10,971 nucleotides of DNA from Octopus sinensis (Eukaryota), in contig NW_021827157.1 of assembly GCF_006345805.1 (NCBI RefSeq), forward strand, positions 1 through 10,971, given 5' to 3'. Below, piece by piece: positions 8,171 to 10,971 of the stretch; within the stretch, counting starts at the first letter, position 1; each line of letters begins with the position of its first letter. Under the pieces are notes generated by a model, which did not search any database, was not told the origin of the DNA, and worked only from the letters and a program-made list of their open reading frames with translations. The position numbers and the translations under genes were made by a program.

Positions 8171-8790
8171 CTGCACAACACCCAGAACAACAAGGGGCTT
8201 ACCTACAGACCATATAATGTCCCATGTATCATGAAAACTAAGTTCTCCTAAACTGCGGTGGCCTTTGTGTGACTCTAGTGAGGGTGACTTCATGCCGCCC
8301 CACATATTTGAACAGAGCCTTTGACTTCAATCAGACAGCTATGTGAAGCTGTTGGAGACTATAGCCAATCTCTGGTTGGAGAGGATTGCTGCAAGAGAGG
8401 TTTGCTACTGGAAAACCTTATATATGGCAGCAGTATTCGGCTCCTAATCATACCTCTGGAAAGAGTCAGAATCGGTTGTTGGAGAATCTCTATGACTTCA
8501 CCAGCCCCACTTTCTGGTCTCTTAATTACCCCTAATTGTAATCCCACGGATTACTATGTATGAGGCGTAGTTGAGAAAAACGCCCGCCTGCAGCACCAAG
8601 GTCGATCAAGTGGCCAAGATCAAGGAGGTGTTCAATGATCTTCCCAGGGACACAGTGCGGAATGCATACGACAGGTTCCAGAGTCATCTTGAGGCCGTGG
8701 TGGAAGCTGAGATTGGTTACTTTGTGTAAACTGTTATCTCCCAGCCCTAATCTAGTTGATATATTTTTTAACTTTTTAAAAATACTCTCA
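8171..8790 (+). mobile_element. Tc1/mariner-superfamily DD37D (maT-like) transposase fossil, C-terminal part plus probable 3' UTR
   Basis: Across frameshifts: LHNTQNN...VPCIMKTKF, SEGDFMPPHIFEQ, YVKLLET..WLERIAA, KPYIWQQYSAPNHTSGKSQ (catalytic D mutated to Y, 8434-8436), FW..N.P.CNPTDYYV (third D at 8549-8551; 37 residues between them), KIKEVFNDLPRDTVRNA..RF.SHLEAVVEAE.GYFV stop at 8727-8729. The UTR extent beyond 8729 is approximate. Confidence 0.88.
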
Positions 8791-9000
8791 AGATAAGCTG
8801 CAAGAAACAGCTGTAAGAGATTATCTGCACACCATGTTACTCCCTTATTTCAACGATACACTCTATTCTATTCTAACGACTCAACTGTTACAGCTCTGCA
8901 ATTATGTTTAGATATATAAATTCAATCTCTACGTCGATACCAAGTGTTTGCGTGTTCAGTCTTTCTGTTTACTGTACATATTGGAGACTGTTTAGAATCA

Positions 9001-9116
9001 TGTAGACGACTCTGATGGGAACCCAATAAGGTTCGAAAATCGATTAAGGCTCCTCATCATTAACGGCGGTGCAGTAGCATGGCCGCAGCTCTGAGTTGAA
9101 ACTACAGAGAAAAAAA
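9001..9116 (+). mobile_element. Probable 5'-truncated LINE 3' end (tail shared with SINE family A)
   Basis: GGCGGTGCAGTAGCATGGCCGCAG (9065-9088) is 21/24 identical to the SINE A tail, followed by TGAAAC and an A-run; the upstream part is unrelated to the SINE. The 5' boundary is approximate. Confidence 0.55.
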
Positions 9117-9202
9117 TATATATACAAACTCACACACATATGTATGCGTATATATGTACACATATACATAAGTCTGTGTGTGTGTATATACATATGTTTA
9201 TA

Positions 9203-9268
9203 TTATAGCGTATAATTTCGTGCGTCTAACTTCAGGATTCGCGCACCCACGTGCACGCACGCACGCAT

Positions 9269-9322
<54 letters not shown>

Positions 9323-9426
9323 CACATACACACACACACATACACACACGCACGCACACACACACATACACACACGCACGCACACACATACACACATATA
9401 TATGTTGAAATGCAGACATGAATGTT

Positions 9427-9482
<56 letters not shown>

Positions 9483-9616
9483 ATTATGTATATATATATA
9501 TATATATACATACATGTGTGCATTTCAAGATATGTATATGTGTGTGTATGTGTGTGCGTGAGTGCACTTGGTGTGCGCGAATCCTGAAGTTAGACGCACG
9601 AAATTATACGCTATAA
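9203..9616. mobile_element. MITE-like fold-back element with 44-bp perfect terminal inverted repeats
   Basis: TTATAGCGTATAATTTCGTGCGTCTAACTTCAGGATTCGCGCAC (9203-9246) and its exact reverse complement (9573-9616); the interior is CA, TA and TG microsatellite. Confidence 0.8.
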
Positions 9617-9980
9617 ATGCTACAAAGTCCTATCATTTGTCACATCTTAAAATACAAAATTTCTGATTCCTTTCTTTGACGCATGCGCAAGTAAGTAACA
9701 TGACATTTACGAGACGTTTTTATTTCATCTCATCTCAGATATCTGCTCAAGTAGAGAAAAATCAAGTAAAAAAAAAAAGCTTTCTTCTTTTTTAATGGTT
9801 TAGTCAGGTGAAAGGAGCTATTCCTGACCTTCACAGACATTCTACGATTTGTGTGATTGATACGAATGATGATGATCAGTTTAAACAACTCAATCGACGT
9901 CTGCAGAGAGAAAAAAAAAATGTGCGCTAGAAGAGATTTGGAGACTGATGACTTTTTAAGTAGGAATTATTTTTTCGTAA

Positions 9981-10136
9981 GTGTAGACATGGTTGTGTGG
10001 TTAAGAATCTCAATTTTGCAACCATGCGGTTTCGTATTCAGTCCTACTGCGCGGTATCTTAGGCAAGAGCTTCTACTATAGTTCCGGAATGTGAGTGAAT
10101 TCTGTGAGACGGAAACTGTGTATAAGCTCACCGTTC
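9981..10136 (+). mobile_element. Decayed family A SINE, 5' half
   Basis: TGGTTGTGTGG A box, GTATTCAGTCCTACTGCG, TTAGGCAAGAGCTTCTACTATAG and GTGAGTGAATT...GACGGAAACTG match family A; it runs into a (TA)n tract. Confidence 0.8.
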
Positions 10137-10177
10137 TATATATACATCTAATACATATTACATATATACGAATACAT

Positions 10178-10211
<34 letters not shown>

Positions 10212-10252
10212 ATATATATATATATATAAATACCTACATACAACATACATAT
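10137..10252. repeat. (TA)n / (CATA)n microsatellite
   Basis: Directly visible. Confidence 0.92.
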
Positions 10253-10305
10253 GGGCTCCGTGTGGGCAGTCATCTAAAAGTTTTTGTGCATCTTGATGCT
10301 GACAT

Positions 10306-10414
10306 AAGTTCCTGCTTTTCCTGATGAGAAGGCGGCATAATGCACCCCTTATTCCTTCGAAATTAGGAATATGCAGCCTTCGAAACATATGTCGAAAATA
10401 AAATAAAGGAATTT
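10306..10414 (+). ncRNA. Type I hammerhead ribozyme (predicted cleavage after C10393)
   Basis: Stem I TTTTC (10316-20)/GAAAA (10394-98) plus distal helix 10306-13/10407-14; core CTGATGA (10321-27); stem II GAAGGC (10328-33)/GCCTTC (10376-81); GAAA (10382-85); stem III AC-ATAT-GT; GUC triplet at 10391-93. Confidence 0.85.
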
Positions 10415-10604
10415 TGTTAATTCGTCGTTCAACTCCATTCTTTCATTTATTTGTTTTTAAAAAAACACACAAATTTCCACACGATAACACGTGATCTCTG
10501 CCCTAGGCATGTAGCTTCAACCGTGTTTTTCTGACGTGAATTTGCTACCCAGGTATCGGTTAACCGAATTATCCATAATAAGATAATTCATTCAACTACT
10601 CAAT

Positions 10605-10605
10605 T

Positions 10606-10640
<35 letters not shown>
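10605..10640. repeat. (TA)n microsatellite
   Basis: Directly visible. Confidence 0.92.
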
Positions 10641-10641
<1 letters not shown>

Positions 10642-10872
10642 TATTTCTTTATTGCCCACAAGGGGGCTAAACAGAGAGGGGACAAACAAGGACAGACAAA
10701 CGGATTAAGTCGATTACATCGACCCCAGTGCGTAACTGGTACTTAATTTATCGACCCCGAAAAGATGAAAGGCAAAGTCGACCTCGGCTGAATTTGAACT
10801 CACAACGTAACGGCAGACGAAATACGGCCACGCATTTCGCCCGCGTGCTAACGTTTCTGCCAGCTCGCCGCC
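10642..10872 (-). mobile_element. Family B SINE, full-length copy 4
   Basis: Reverse complement of family B from GGCGGCGAGCTGGCAGAAACG to AAAGAAATA; no clear TSD. Confidence 0.93.
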
Positions 10873-10971
10873 TTAGCAGAAATTAGCATACCAACAAGGA
10901 AAAACTCGACAACGAAGTAAATTCCAGACAATAAATATTCCGTGCGAGAAAGCTTGTGTTTCGTGGATTTT

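Noticed and set aside
8041-8266. Possible hAT-type MITE (9-bp inverted repeat 8041-49/8092-8100, hairpin 8148-8199, degenerate TIR at 8253-66)
   Set aside because: The right-hand parts fall inside the transposase homology; the remaining 9-bp inverted repeat has no TSD and is too short to support a call.
9808-9976. Possible exon (VKGAIPDLHRHSTICVIDTNDDDQFKQLNRRLQREKK) between an AG and GTAAGT at 9977
   Set aside because: The frame stops at 9928-9930 unless the A-run is mis-sequenced, the donor overlaps a SINE head, and I recognise no homology. BLASTx or RNA-seq would settle it.
10876-10892. GCAGAAATTAGCATACC, a possible + strand family B head remnant facing copy 4
   Set aside because: Too short and diverged to support.

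Overview
Repeat-saturated, non-coding animal genomic DNA, most likely octopus (inferred from my recollection of octopus tRNA-derived SINE families). No host exon, rRNA, tRNA gene or CRISPR array can be supported; nearly all listed ORFs are translations of microsatellites or low-complexity sequence. Contents: two abundant SINE families plus a decayed third head, a fossil CR1/L2-type LINE reverse-transcriptase fragment, a DD37D (maT-like) transposase fragment, a probable LINE 3' end sharing its tail with one SINE family, a fold-back MITE-like element with 44-bp perfect TIRs, and many microsatellites. The most notable signal is an apparently intact type I hammerhead ribozyme at 10306-10414 (+), with a canonical core, a palindromic stem III and an unusually long stem II. 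A partially tandem-duplicated ~430-bp unit (5374-5800, 6206-6636) carries degenerate hammerhead-like motifs with the same stem II sequence, suggesting a Penelope-like or retrozyme-like family.
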